Under the pieces are notes generated by a model, which was given only the letters and a program-made list of their open reading frames with translations, was not told the origin of the DNA and did no database searches. From Malacoraja senta (Eukaryota): a stretch of DNA of 64,000 nucleotides. The position numbers were made by a program, and so were the translations under genes. The stretch is from positions 5,086,001 to 5,150,000 of the forward strand of contig CM075998.1 of assembly GCA_038087875.1 (NCBI GenBank), written 5' to 3'. Positions 52,038-64,000 of the stretch are shown here, piece after piece. Each line of letters opens with the position of its first letter. Position 1 is the stretch's first letter.

Positions 52038-52677
52038 AGGCCCTGTCCCACGGGCAGGCGGTTCCAGGCAGTAAGCGCGGCGTCCCCGGAAGCGGGGACC
52101 GCGCGGCTGCCACGGGAGGGCCGCGCGGATGCCGTGCAGGGGCCGAGTGATCACCGTACGGCCGGTCCCACGAGCATGCGAATGCATGCGGCAAGCGCAA
52201 CCTTACCGGAAGCGGTTGCCGCGCGGATGCCGGGTGATCACCGCACGGCCTGTCCCACGAGCATGTGAATGCATGCGGCGATCGCGAACTTACCGGAAGC
52301 TGTTGAGGTCTCAGATCTGGCGCGGTTTTAATGTGATCAGGTAAAAGGTGGGCCGACTGCGAATGGACGTCGCGCGGCGTCGGGTGATGACGTCAGCGCG
52401 CAATGCAACGTGCTAGCCTACTCCGTCGAGACGGCTCGCGGCGTCCAGGCGGTGCGCGCGGTGTCGAGGCAGCAGCGGGGCAGCAGGCTGTTGCCGCACG
52501 TGATTTTTGGACAGTGTCAGTTTTTCTGAGCCCCGCGCGGTGTCGGGACCAACTACATACGGCTCCGGCGATCTACGTGGGACTGACCCCGCGGGCCCTG
52601 CGCGGTCCCCGCGCAGTCCCCACTTCCTGCTACGCCGCGCTTACCGCCTGGAACCGCCTGCCCGTGGGACAGGGCCT
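52038..52677. mobile_element. MITE, probably PIF/Harbinger type, inserted in a SINE head (52000-52743)
   Basis: About 45-bp TIR AGGCCCTGTCCCACGGGCAGGCGGTTCCAGGC.GTAAGCGCGGCGT; 3-bp flanks TTA/TCT. Confidence 0.8.
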
Positions 52678-52740
52678 TCTCAGCGCCAGAGACCCAGGTT
52701 TGGTCCTGACTACTGGTGCTTGTCTGTATGGAGTTTGTAC

Positions 52741-53053
52741 GTTTAGTTTAGAGTTTAGTTTACAGATACAGTGCGGAAACAGGCCCTTCGGCCCACCGAG
52801 TCCGTGCCGACCAGCGATCACCACACATTAACACTATCCTACACACACTGGGGACAATTGACAATTATACCAAGCCAATTAGCCTACATACCTGTACGGC
52901 TTTGGTGTGTGGGAGGAAACCGAAGATCTCGGAGAAAACCCACGCAGGCCATGTGGAGAACGTACAAGCTCCATACAGACAGCACCCGTAGTTGGGATGG
53001 AACCAGGGTCTCTGGCGCTGTGAGGCAGCAACTCTACCGCTGCGCCACTCTGC
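52741..53053 (-). mobile_element. HE1-like SINE
   Basis: Reverse-complement motifs. Confidence 0.88.
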
Positions 53054-53412
53054 CTGCCCAAAGGGCCAGAGGGCCTGTTTCTAAGCTGTTTGACTCTATG
53101 GGTCAGGTCCAAGATTGTCCTAGCCATCTATTTTTACCTAGGACCTCTTCCAACTTTCTGCCTAAATATAATCAGAGCAGCATATGCAAAGGCTCTCTAT
53201 TCACAGTGCACTGATCCTTTAATCCCACTTCCACACAGATGGTGGTGGGTATGTGGAACGAGCTGCCAGAAGAAGGAGTTGAGGCAGGTCCTATAACAAT
53301 ATTTAAAAGGCACAAAATGTTGGAGTAACCCAGCGGGTCAGGCTGTATCCCTGGAGAGGGTGAATAGGTGACGTTTCAGGTCAAGACCCTTCTTCAGGCC
53401 AGCATTCCTTGG

Positions 53413-54448
53413 AAAATGGCAGGCAGTGGCGAGTGGAGTGCCGCAAGGTTCGGTGTTGGGGCCGCAACTGTTTACCATATATATTAATGATTTGGAAGAG
53501 GGAATTAGGAGCAACACTAGCAAGTTTGCGGATGACACAAAGCTGGGTGGCAGTGTGAACTGTGAAGAGGTTGCAGGGTGACCTGGACAGGTTGAGTGAG
53601 TGGGCAGATGCGTGGCAGATGCAGTATAATATAGATAAATGTGAGGTTATCCACTTTGGCGGCAAAAACAAGTGGGCAGATTATTATCTCAATGGGGTTA
53701 GGTTAGGTAAGGGGGAGGTACAGCGAGACCTGGGAGTCCTTGTACACCAGTCACTGAAAGTTGGTGTGCAGGTACAGCAGGCAGTGAAGAAAGCTAATGG
53801 AATGTTGGCCTTTATAACAAGAGGATTTCAGTATAGGATTTCTGCAGTTGTATAGGGCTCTGGTAAGACCACATCTGGAGTACTGTGTACAGTTTTGGTC
53901 TCCTAATTTGAGGAAGGACATCCTTGTGATTGAGGCAGTGCAGCGTAGGTTCACGAGATTGATCCCTGGGATGGCGGGACTGTCATATGAGGAAAGATTG
54001 AAAAGACTAGGCTTGTATTCACTGGAGTTTAGAAGGATGAGGGGGGATCTTATAGAAACATATAAAATTATAAAAGGACTGCACAAGCTAGATGCAGGGA
54101 AAATGTTCCCAATGTTGGGCGAGTCCAGAACCAGGGACCACAGTCTTAGAATAAAGGGGAGGTCATTTAAGACTGAGGTGAGAAAAAACTTTTTCACCCA
54201 GAGAGTTGTGAATTTATGGAATTCCCTGCCACAGAGGGCAGTGGAGGCCAAATCACTGGATGGATTTAAGGGAGAGTTAGATAGAGCTCTAGGGGCTAGT
54301 GGAGTCAGGGGATATGGGGAGAAGGCAGGCACGGGTTATTGATAGGGGACGATCAGCCATGATCACAATGAATGGCGGTGCTGGCTCGAAGGGCCGAATG
54401 GCCTCCTCCTGCACCTATGTTTCTATGTTTCTATGTTTCTATGTTTCT
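53413..54448 (+). mobile_element. CR1 RT 3' half plus tail
   Basis: [27 protein letters not shown]; (tttctatg)n. Confidence 0.92.
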
Positions 54449-54861
54449 AAAAGCAGCATCTGCAGTTCCTTGTTTTGAATTTGTGAGAGTTGTGAGTCTG
54501 TGGGATTCTCTGCCTCAGAGGGCGGTGGAGGCCGGTTCTCTGGATACTTTCAAGGGAGAGCTAGATAGGGCTCTTAAAGATGGTGGAGTCAGGGGATATG
54601 GGCAGAAGGCAGGAATGGGGTACTGATAGATAATAGACAATAGGTGCAGGAGTAGGCCATTCAGCCCTTCGAGCCAGCGCCGCCATTCAATGTGATCGTG
54701 GCTGATCATCCCAATCAGTACCCCCGTTCCTGCCTTCTGATTGGGGATGATCAGCCATGATCACATTGAATGGCGGTGCTGGCTCGAAGGGCTGAATGTG
54801 CGACTCCTGCACCTATTGTCTATTGTCTATTGAATGAATGAATAAGTTTATTGGCCAAGTA

Positions 54862-56457
54862 CAGAGCATTCAGAAAGTATTCCGACCCCTTCACTTTTTC
54901 CACATTTTGTTAAGTTACAGCCTTATTTTAAAATGGATTAAAAAATTTTTTATCATCAATCTACACACAATACCCCAGAATGAAGAAGTGAAAACAGGTG
55001 TTTAGAAATTTTTGCAAAGTAATTAAAAATAAATAACTGAAATATCCCATTTACATAAGTATTCAGATTCTTTGCTATGACACTCAAAATTGAGCTTCCA
55101 TTGATTATCCTTGAGATGTTTCTACAACTTGATTAGAATCCACCAGTGGTAAATTAAATTGCTTGGACATGATTTGGAAAGGCACACACCTGTTTATATA
55201 AGGTCCCACAGTTGACAGTGCATGTCAGAGCAAAAACCAAGTCATGAAGATGAAGGAATTGTCCGTAGACCTCCGAGACCGGATTATGTCGAGACAGATC
55301 TAGGGAAGGGTATAAAACAATTTCTGCAGCATTGCAGGTCCCGAAGAGCAGAGTGGCCTCCGTCATTCTTAAATGGAAGAACTTTGGAACCACCAGGACT
55401 CTTCATAGAGCTGGCCGCCCGGCCAAACTGAGCAATCGGGGGAGAAGGGCCTTGGTCATGGAGGTGACCAAGAACCCGATGGTCACTCTGACAGAGCTCC
55501 AGGGTTCCTCCCTTGAGATGGGAGAAACTTCCAGAAGGACAACTGTATCTGCAGCACTCCACCAATCAGGCCTTTATGGTAGAGTGGCCAGACGGAAGCC
55601 ACTCCTCAGTAAAAGGCACATGACAGCCCGCTTGGAGTTTGCTAAAAGGCATGAGAAACAAGATTCTCTGGTCTGATGAAACCAAGATTGAACTCTTTGG
55701 CCTGAATGGCAAGTGTCACGTCTGGAGGACACCAGGCACCGCTCATCACCTGGCCAATACCATATCTACGGTGAAGCATGGTGGTGGCAGCATCATGCTG
55801 TGGGGATGTTTTTCAGCGGCAGGAACTGGGAGACTAGTCAGGATCGAGGGAAAGATGAACGGAGCAAAGTACAGAGAGATCCTTGATGAAAACCTGCTCC
55901 AGAGCGTTCTGGACCTCAGACTGGGGCGGAGGTTCACCTTCCAACAGGACAACAACCCTAAGTACACAGCCAAGACAACGCAGGAGTGGCTTTGTGACAA
56001 GTCTGTGAATGTCCTTGAGTGGCCCAGCCAGAGCCTGGACTTGAATCCGATCGAATATCTCGGGAGGGTCTTGAAAATAGCTGTGCATCGACGCTCCCCA
56101 TCCAACCTGACAGAGCTTGAAAGGATCTGGAGAGAAGAATGGGAGAAATTACCCAAATACAGGTGTGCCAAGCTTGTAGCGTCATACCCAAGAAGACTTG
56201 AGGCTGTAATTGCTGCCAAAGGTGCCTCAACTGAGTACTGAGTAAAGGGTCTGAATACTTATGTAAATGTGATATTTCAGATTTATTTTTAATTACTTTG
56301 CAAAAATTTCCAAACACCTGTTTTTGCTTTTTTATTATGGGGTAATGTGTGTAGATTGATGATTTAAAAAAAAGAATTTAATCCATTTTAGAATAAGGCT
56401 GTAACGTAACAAAATGTGGAAAAAGTGAAGGGGTCTGAATACCTTCTGAATGCACTG
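54862..56457 (+). mobile_element. Tc1-family (DD34E, IR/DR-type) DNA transposon, full length, decayed
   Basis: TA TSD at 54860-61 and 56458-59; CAG(A/T)GCATTCAGAA termini; about 215-bp TIRs with inner and outer gtattc.ga repeats. Confidence 0.95.
55244..56241 (+). pseudogene. Tc1 transposase with at least two frameshifts
   Basis: [66 protein letters not shown]. Confidence 0.93.
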
Positions 56458-57118
56458 TATGTTCACATACAAGGAATTTGCCTTGGTGCTCCGCTCACAA
56501 GTAACAACACGACATACAGTAAACAATAAAGAATAAAACTTAAAACATTAAGAATAAAACATAGTTTAAACATGTGAAAGAAATAAAATACCAGAGCAAA
56601 AGGAGGCTACAGAGTTTTGGTTATTGAGTAGAGCTACTACTCGTGGAAAAAAGCTGTTTTGACAGTATGGAGTCGCCTTCCAGAGGGAAGTGGTTCAAAG
56701 AGTTTGTGGGTGAGAGGGGTTAGGAGGGATTTGACAGGTAAAAGACTCTTGACCAGGTACAGGATAGGACAGGTTTAGAGGATTTGGGCCAAATGTGGGT
56801 AGGTGGGACTAGTGTAGATGGGGCATCTTGGTCGGCATGGGCTGAGGTTGGGCCGAAGGGCCTGTATCTGTGCTGTGTGATTCTAATTCTATTTCCAGTC
56901 ACATAGAATAACGGGAGGGGTGGGGGGGAAAGATAGGTAAAGCAAATGATCAGTCAGGGTATGTCCCAGCAAGACTGCTCTAATGATGTATTTTCCTGGA
57001 TTTCTCTCCGCTCCTGAAGATGTTCACTCGTGTTGGGATAGAGTGCAGTGGGCCATCAGTTGATCAGCACAATCAGCAAACCTGACCTTATCTTCTCCCA
57101 AAGTCCAGAGTGCTGAAG

Positions 57119-57333
57119 TTACTCCAGCACTCTGTGAAACGTCACCTATCCATGTTCTCCACAGATGCTGCCTGACCCGCTGAGTTACTCCAGCACTCTG
57201 TGAAACGTCACCTATCCATGTTCTCCACAGATGCTGTCTGACCCGCTGAGTTACTCCAGCACTCTGTGAAACGTCACCTATCCATGTTCTCCACAGATGC
57301 TGCCTGACCCGCTGAGTTACTCCAGCACTCTGT
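57119..57333 (+). repeat. 66-bp pLTR-derived minisatellite, about 3.3 units
   Basis: Units at 57136, 57202, 57268. Confidence 0.92.
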
Positions 57334-57596
57334 CTTTTTTTGTAAACCAGCTTGTGCAGTTCTTGTCTCTCCATGAGTTGTTCCAGCAGGGGGTTGATGG
57401 AAGGTGATCAAAGGCAGATTATACAAGGTAAATTAGGCTTCTGTTATCAGGGCATCGTCCATTTTGTTTCATCAAATCATTTGGAATCATTGAGTGGAGG
57501 TCTTTACCTTGAACTATCCCTTTACAAGCTGCTGTTGAACCAACAAACCCCAAGTGTGATAACAAATCTGGAAATCAAATCAAGCAGGAAAGGCCA

Positions 57597-58080
57597 CAGA
57601 GAAGATTTACGAGGATGTTGCCAGGAGTCAAGGGTCTGAGCTATAGGCAGACGTTGAGCAAGCTGGGACTCTATTCCTTGGAGCGCAGGAGGATGAGGGG
57701 TGATCTTATAGAGGTGTATAAAATCATGAGAGGAGTAGATCGGATAGATGCACGGAGTCTCTTGCCCAGAGTAGGTGAATCGAGGACCAGAGGACATAGG
57801 TTCAAGGTGAAGGGGAAAAGATGTAATAGGAATCTGAGGGGTAACTTTTTTCACACAGAGGGTGGTGGGTGTATGGAACAAGTTGCCTGAGGAGGTAGTT
57901 GAGGCCGGGACTATCCCAACGTTTAAGAAACAGTTAGACAGGTACATAGATAGGACAAGTTTGGAGGGATGTCAGCCAAACGCAGGCAGGTGGGACTAGT
58001 GTAGATGGGGCAGATTGGCCGGTGTGGGCAAGTTGGGCCGAAGGGCCTGTTTTCACACTGTATCACTCTGTGACTCTATA
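57597..58080 (+). mobile_element. CR1 subfamily 3' end sharing its tail with the SINE (candidate partner LINE)
   Basis: LGLYSLERRRMRGDLIEVYK..; ends gggccgaagggcctgtttt..ctgtat..(gactctat). Confidence 0.85.
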
Positions 58081-58384
58081 AGAAATCATATATTGTTGGC
58101 CTCTCTCTATCTCAGGCTAAACCTGATTATACATTGAAAGGGAATTCTTTGTGTGGACACACTAGAGAAAACATGCTGTCAGCATGGACCAGGCAACTCT
58201 ATGCAGCTGCATCTTCTGAAAAGTGGCAGCCTCTATTTATAGAAACATATATATACTCTCGCTGTAGCAGAGAGAACTCGTGAAAAAGTGTTATCGAACA
58301 CCTTCCTTAACGGGTAGTTTCATAGGGTGGGACTTTGCAATGGGGAGTCTTTGTCTAATTTGGCTTTCAGATGTGGGCATTGTT

Positions 58385-58960
58385 AGTTTAGTTTGAGTTT
58401 AGTGGAACCGAGGTACAGTTAAAAGCTTTTATTGCGTGCTATCCAGTCAGCAGAAAGACAATACTTGATTACAATCGAGCCATTTACAGTGTACAGATAC
58501 AGGATAAGGGAATAACGTTTAGTGCAAGGTAAAGCCAGTAAAGTCCATTCAAAGATAGTCCGAAGGTCACCAATGAGGTAGATAGTAGTTCAGCACTGCT
58601 CTCTGGTTGTGGTAGGATGGTTCAGTTGCCAGATAACAGCTGGGAAGAAACTGTCCCTGAATCTGGAGGTGTGTGTGCGTTTGTTTTCACACTTCTGTAC
58701 CTCTTGCCCGATGGGAGAGGGGAGAAGAGGGAGTGGCCGGGGGTGAGACTGGTCCTTGATGATGCTGCTGGCCTTGCCGAGGCAGCGTGAGGTGTAGATG
58801 GAGTCGATGGAAGGAAGGGAGGTTGGTTTGTGTGTGACGGTCTGGGCTGCGTCCACAACTCTCTGCGATTTCTTGCGGTGTTGGATGGAGCTGTTCCCAA
58901 ACCGTGCTGCGATGCATCCCGATAAAATGCTTTCCGCGGCGCATCTGTAGAAGTTGGGGA
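58385..58960 (-). mobile_element. Rex1-type LINE 3' fragment
   Basis: NFYRCAAESILSGCI..SRFRDSFFP plus UTR. Confidence 0.85.
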
Positions 58961-59606
58961 GCAATCTGTTGTTTTGCATTGTTTGCATTTATTACCCAAC
59001 CCTAGTGGCCGTTGAGATAGTGAAGATGAGCTGCTGCCTTCAAACATGGAGAGGGCTTCTTCTGCTGTCCAGGGACGTCCCATATTGCCCAATCAGGATG
59101 GACGAAGGTGAAGAAAGGTCTCGACCTGAAATGTTGCCTATTGATGCATGTTCTCCACAGATGCTGCCTGCCCTGCTGAGTTACTCCAGCACTCTGTGTC
59201 CGTTTGTGTATAAACCAGCATCTGCAGTTCTTTGGTTTTGACCACACTTGGAGTACTGCGTGCCGTTCTGGTAACACTGCTACGGGAAGGACGTCCGTAA
59301 GTTGGAAAAGGGCGGAATAAAGAGATTCACCAGGGTATTATCTGGGCTTACTGGCTTGGGTTGTAAGGGACAGTTTGGACAGGCTGGGACCTTTGTCCTT
59401 GGAGCGTAGGAGGCTGAGGGGTGACGTTTTTGAGGTGGACAAGATCGTGAGGGGCATGGGTAAAATGAACGCTGTCTTTTTCTCATGGTAGAGGATTCCA
59501 AATCTAGAGGGCGTAGAAACTCAACTCAACTCAACGATAGATGATCTCGACAGAATAGAGATAAATCTAGTTGAAGTGGGACATTAATTATTGCTTCCAA
59601 AGATTC

Positions 59607-59930
59607 CCAGTGGTATGAACATTGATGTCTCTAACTTCAAGTAACCCCGGCATTCACTCTTTCTCCATCCATCCCCCACCCAAGTCACACCAGCTTCTCG
59701 TTCACACCCAGCAAACAGCTAACAATGGCCTCTTTCCTTTATCATCGTTACTTTTTTGCATATCTTTCATTAATTTGTTCTATATCTCTCCACATCACCG
59801 TCTATATCTCTCGTTTCCCTTTCCCCTGACTCTCAGTCTGAAGAAGGGTCTCGACCCGAAACGTCACCCATTCCTTCTCTCCAGAGATGCTGCCTGTCCA
59901 GCTGAGTTACTCCAGCATTTTGTGTCTATC
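59607..59930 (+). mobile_element. Penelope-like 3' end and pLTR
   Basis: cccagtggtatgaacattga (end of EN) then pLTR with intact hammerhead motif. Confidence 0.8.
59838..59865 (+). ncRNA. Minimal type I hammerhead ribozyme motif (Penelope-associated)
   Basis: CTGAAGA-A-GGGTC-TC-GACCC-GAAA-CG-TC. Confidence 0.65.
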
Positions 59931-60029
59931 TTCCTTTTAAATCTTTCTTATCCATGTATCTGTCCAACTGCCTTTGACAAAAAAAATGTCAAAACACACA
60001 AGTCAGCGAATTTCTTTTCAAATTCCTGT

Positions 60030-60490
60030 CACGTTTAGTGCGCGATGCAGTCTAGTTGAGAACAGTTCGAGGGTCTCCAATGAGGTAGACGGGAGGCCAG
60101 GACTGCTCTCTAGTTGGTGAGAGGACGGTTCAGTTGCCTGATAACAGCCGGGAAGAAACTGTCCCTGAATCTGAAGATGTGCGGCGTTTTCACATTTCTG
60201 TACCTCTTGCCCGATGGGAGAGGGGAGAAGCGGGAGTGACCGGGGGTGAGACTGGTCCTTGATGATGCTGCTGGCCTTGCCGAGGCAGCGTGAGGTGTAG
60301 ATGGAGTCGATGGAAGGAAGGGCGGTCGGTTTGTGCGATCGTCTGGGCTGCGTCCACAATTCTCTGCGATTTCTTGCGGTGTTGGATGGAGCTGTTCCCA
60401 AACCGTGCGGCGATGCATCCCGATAAAATGCTTTCCGCGGCGCATCTGTGGAAGTTGGGGAGAGTTATTGGGGACATGCCGAACTTTAGA
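60030..60490 (-). mobile_element. Rex1-type LINE 3' fragment
   Basis: MSPITLPNFHRCAAESILSGCI.. Confidence 0.85.
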
Positions 60491-60696
60491 ATCCTGATCC
60501 CCGCACACTAACACTATCCTACACACACTAGGCACAATTTACACTTACACCAAGCCTATTAACCTACAAACCGGCACGTCTTTGTATTTAGGTTCCTTTG
60601 TCTCATTCTGACGAAAACTGAACACATTAGTCCAAGCGCAGCCTTGCCGCACACCTTGCACAATGATAACAGTTTAAATATAACAATGTTAAATAT

Positions 60697-61755
60697 GAGG
60701 TAGACAAAAATGCTGAAGGAACTCAGCGGGTGAGGCAGCATCTATGGAGCGAAGGAATAGGTGACGTTTCGGGTCGAGACCCTTCTTCAGACTGAGGGTC
60801 AGAGGAGAGGGAAACGAGAGATATAGACGGTGATGTAGAGAGATATAGAACAAATGAATGAAAGATATGCAAAAAAGTAATAATGATAAAGGAAACAGGC
60901 CATTGTTGGCTGTTTGTTGGGTGTGAACGAGAAGCTGGTGGAAGGACATCCTTGTGATTGAGGCAGTGCAGCGTAGGTTCACGAGATTGATTCCTGGGAT
61001 GGCGGGACTGTCATATGAGGAAAGATTGAAAAGACTAGGCTTGTATTCGCTGGAGTTTAGAAGGATGAGGGGGGATCTTATAGAGACATATAAAATTATA
61101 AAAGGACTGGACAAGCTAGATGCAGGAAAAATGTTCCCAATGTTGGGCGAGTCCAGAACCAGGGGCCACACTTAGAATAAAGGGGAGGGCATTTAAGACT
61201 GAGGTGAGAAAAAACGTTTTCACCCAGAGAGTTGTGAATTTGTGGAATTCCCTGCCACAGAGGGCAGTGGAGGCCAAGTCACTGGATGGATTTAAGAGAG
61301 AGCTAGATAGAGCTCTAGGGGCTAGTGGAATCAAGGGATATGGGGAGAAGGCAGGCACGGGTTATTGATTGGGGACGATCAGCCATGATCACAATGAATG
61401 GCGGTGCTGGCTCGAAGGGCCGAATGGCCTCCTCCTGCACCTATTTTCTATGTTTCTATGACTTGGGTGGGGGAGGGATGGAGAGAGAGTGGATGCCGGG
61501 GTTACTTGAGGTTAGAGAAATCAATATTCTTACCACTGGGCTGTAAGCTGCCCAAGCGAAATGTGAGATGCTGTTCCTCCAATTTGCGTTTAGCCTCACT
61601 CTGACAATGGAGGAGGCCTGGGACAGAAAGGTCAGTGTGGGAATGGGAAGGAGAATGTTTGGCAACCAGGCGATCAGGTAGGTCCAGGCGGGCGGACGAA
61701 GGTGTTCAGCGAAACGATCGCCCAGTCTACGTTTTGGTCTCGCCGATGTATAAGA
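60697..61755 (-). mobile_element. Penelope-like GIY-YIG 3' end plus pLTR, split by a CR1 at about 60941-61459
   Basis: YIGETKRRLGDRF on the minus strand near 61710-61750; hammerhead motif at 60763-60790. Confidence 0.8.
60941..61459 (+). mobile_element. CR1 3' fragment
   Basis: IEAVQRRFTRLIPG.. plus tail. Confidence 0.92.
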
Positions 61756-62539
61756 CCGCCAAACATGGGCAGGTGGGACTAGTGTAGATGGGGCATCTTG
61801 GTTGGAAGGGGCAAGTTGCTGTTTTGGTGCTGTGGGACTCTATGACTCTAACTGGTTGTGGACCACAGTGTGGAACGTGGATGAAAGGAGATGGACAGAA
61901 CAGAACGATGCTTGTTGTTGTAAACAGCTTGTAGATATAAAGTCTAATGCCCTCTGATGGGAGCCTTGGGTGGGCACAGCAATCAAGTGCAGGAGCCAGA
62001 CAGGATAATCAAAGACCATTCAAACCTCAGTCACTTCCCCTCCTCTTCTCTCCCATCAGGCCGAAGGTACAAAAGCCTGAAGCCGCCTACCACCAGATTC
62101 ACGAACAGCTTCTTCCCCACTCTTCATAAGATCACAAGGAATAGGAGCAGAATTAGGCCATTCGGCCCATCAAGTCTACTCCACCATTCAATCATGGCTG
62201 ATCTAACTCTCCCTCCCAACCCCATTCTCCTGCCTTCTCCCCTGACACCTGTACTAATCAAGAATCTGTCTATCTCTGCTGGAGGAACTCAGCGGGACCC
62301 ACTCGACCCGAAACGTCACCCATTCCCTCTCTCCAGAGTTGCTGCCTGTCCCTACTGCTGTGCTGGGAAGCTGGTGCAAAGCCCTGCCCACTACTGGTGC
62401 TCTGCCCCTGGCTGTCTGTGTTGCTACTCCAGGTTGAGCTGGGTGAGATAAACTAAACTGACCTGCAGTGTCTGCAGCGAGTTATGGTGCAGCTGGAACA
62501 GCAGAGGAGACTCAAGGGGCTGAATGGCCTTGATGCTTC

Positions 62540-62868
62540 ATAAGTTCACAAGTCCATAAGTTCTAGGAGCAGAATCTGGCCATTCGGCCCATCAAATCTA
62601 CTCCGCCATTCAATCATGGCTCTCCCTCTGAACCCCATTCTCCTGCCTTCTCCCCATAACCCCTGACACCCGCACTAATCAAGAATCTATCAATCTCCTC
62701 CTTAAAAATATCCACTGACTTGGCCTCCACAGCCGTCTGTGGCAAAGGATTGCACAGATTCACCACCCTCTGACTAAAGAGATTCCTCCTCATCTCCTTC
62801 CGAAAGATACATCCTTTAATTCTGAGGCTGTGACCTCCAGTCCTAGACTCTCCCACTAGTGGAAACAT
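62540..62868 (-). mobile_element. CR1 3' fragment
   Basis: MFPLVGESRTGGHSL..QRVVNL. Confidence 0.85.
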
Positions 62869-63594
62869 CAGGTTGTCAGATTACTAATCGTTTCTCCCAT
62901 AAACTAAGGGTGTGGTCCATATCTTCCAACCTACATTGCAGACCTTGCACTTTTTTTATACTTGCACTTTCTCTACAGCTTTATCACTGTAACGCTATGT
63001 TTGACACACTGGTATTTTTCTCTTTGCACTACCTGTTGCACTCACGCATCAAAGTTTTTCACTGGATCTCGGAACACGCAACAATAATAAATGCGTACCA
63101 GTACTAATTGTTGTGGAAGTGAACATGTGCGGTGCGGCATTCTTTTGGGAGCTCAATATCTTCCAACCTACCCCACGGCACACCTTGCACTTTTTTATAC
63201 TTGCACTTTCTCTGTAACTGTATTGCTGTAACACTATATTCGACACTGGTATTTTTCTCTGCGCTACCTGCTGTGCTTGTGTCTGAGCTCAAGGAGGTGG
63301 TGGGGTTGGGGATGGTTTGGTGGCAACAAGCTTAATCGGGTCTGTACATTGGCTGATGGCGGGAATGGTTATCAGACCTTTAAGGGCGAATTTGGGATCA
63401 AGGCCAGCATTTGTGATATTAAAGGTGGAAAAATAGTCAACCAAAGACCAAAGATGGATAAGAAAGATTTAAAGGGAAGATAGACACACAATGCTGGAGT
63501 AACTCAGCAGGACAGGCCACATCTCTGGAGAGAAGAAATGTGTGACGTTTGGGGAAAGGGGGCTTTGGTATCCAAGGGGTCCAATACTTTTGAA

Positions 63595-63900
63595 GGGCGG
63601 CACAGTGGCGCAGCGGTGGAGTTGCTGCCTCACAGCGCCAGAGACCCGGGTTCCATCCCGACCACGGGTGCTGTCTGTACGGAGTGTGTACATTTCCACC
63701 GTGACCTGCGTGGGTTTTCTCCGGGTGGTCCGGGTTCCTCCCACATTCCAAAGACGTACAGGTTTGTAGGTTAATTGGCTTGGGTATAAATGTAAATTCT
63801 CCCAAGTGTGTGTAGGATAGTATTAGTGTGCGGGGATCGCTGGTCAGCACGGACTGGGTGGGCCGAAGGGCCTGTTTCCGCGCTGTATCTCTAAACTACA
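63595..63900 (+). mobile_element. HE1-like SINE, full length
   Basis: Head, body and tail. Confidence 0.9.
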
Positions 63901-64000
63901 CGAAACATTTTAAAGGCACTTGGACAGATACTTGGATAGGAAAGGATTCGAGGCAAATGCAGTCAAAGGGAATTAGTGTCGATGGCATTATGGTCAGCTT

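Noticed and set aside
63595..63670. tRNA-like SINE heads as true tRNA genes
   Set aside because: Fused to SINE body and tail in about 15 diverged copies; no proper cloverleaf.

Overview
Eukaryotic, repeat-saturated genomic DNA with no host protein-coding exon that I can support; probably intronic or intergenic. The repeat content points to a cartilaginous fish, most likely a skate or ray (inference): tRNA-derived HE1/V-SINE-type SINEs, CR1 LINE 3' fragments with (TTCTATGT)n-type tails, Rex1/Babar-type LINE pieces, and Penelope-like pLTRs with minimal hammerhead motifs. Well-bounded larger elements: (1) a BEL/Pao LTR retrotransposon (23444-30573, minus; two 486-bp LTRs, AGGAT TSD, internally deleted, with nested LINEs); (2) two diverged, divergently oriented DIRS1-type tyrosine-recombinase retrotransposons (37369-42263 minus, 44777-48797 plus) with termini and ICRs; (3) a full-length decayed Tc1 DD34E transposon (54862-56457); (4) two Harbinger-type MITEs; (5) a Vingi-like LINE 3' end; (6) a 2.5-kb (CA)-rich array. 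The most novel-looking signal is inside the BEL element. It carries a truncated tRNA-Asp-derived cassette with intact A box, B box and T4 terminator. The deletion-remodelled region of that cassette is partly complementary to the element's non-canonical primer-binding site, which raises the hypothesis of a self-encoded reverse-transcription primer. All family names come from motif recognition by eye, not database searches. Coordinates of degraded fragments are approximate.
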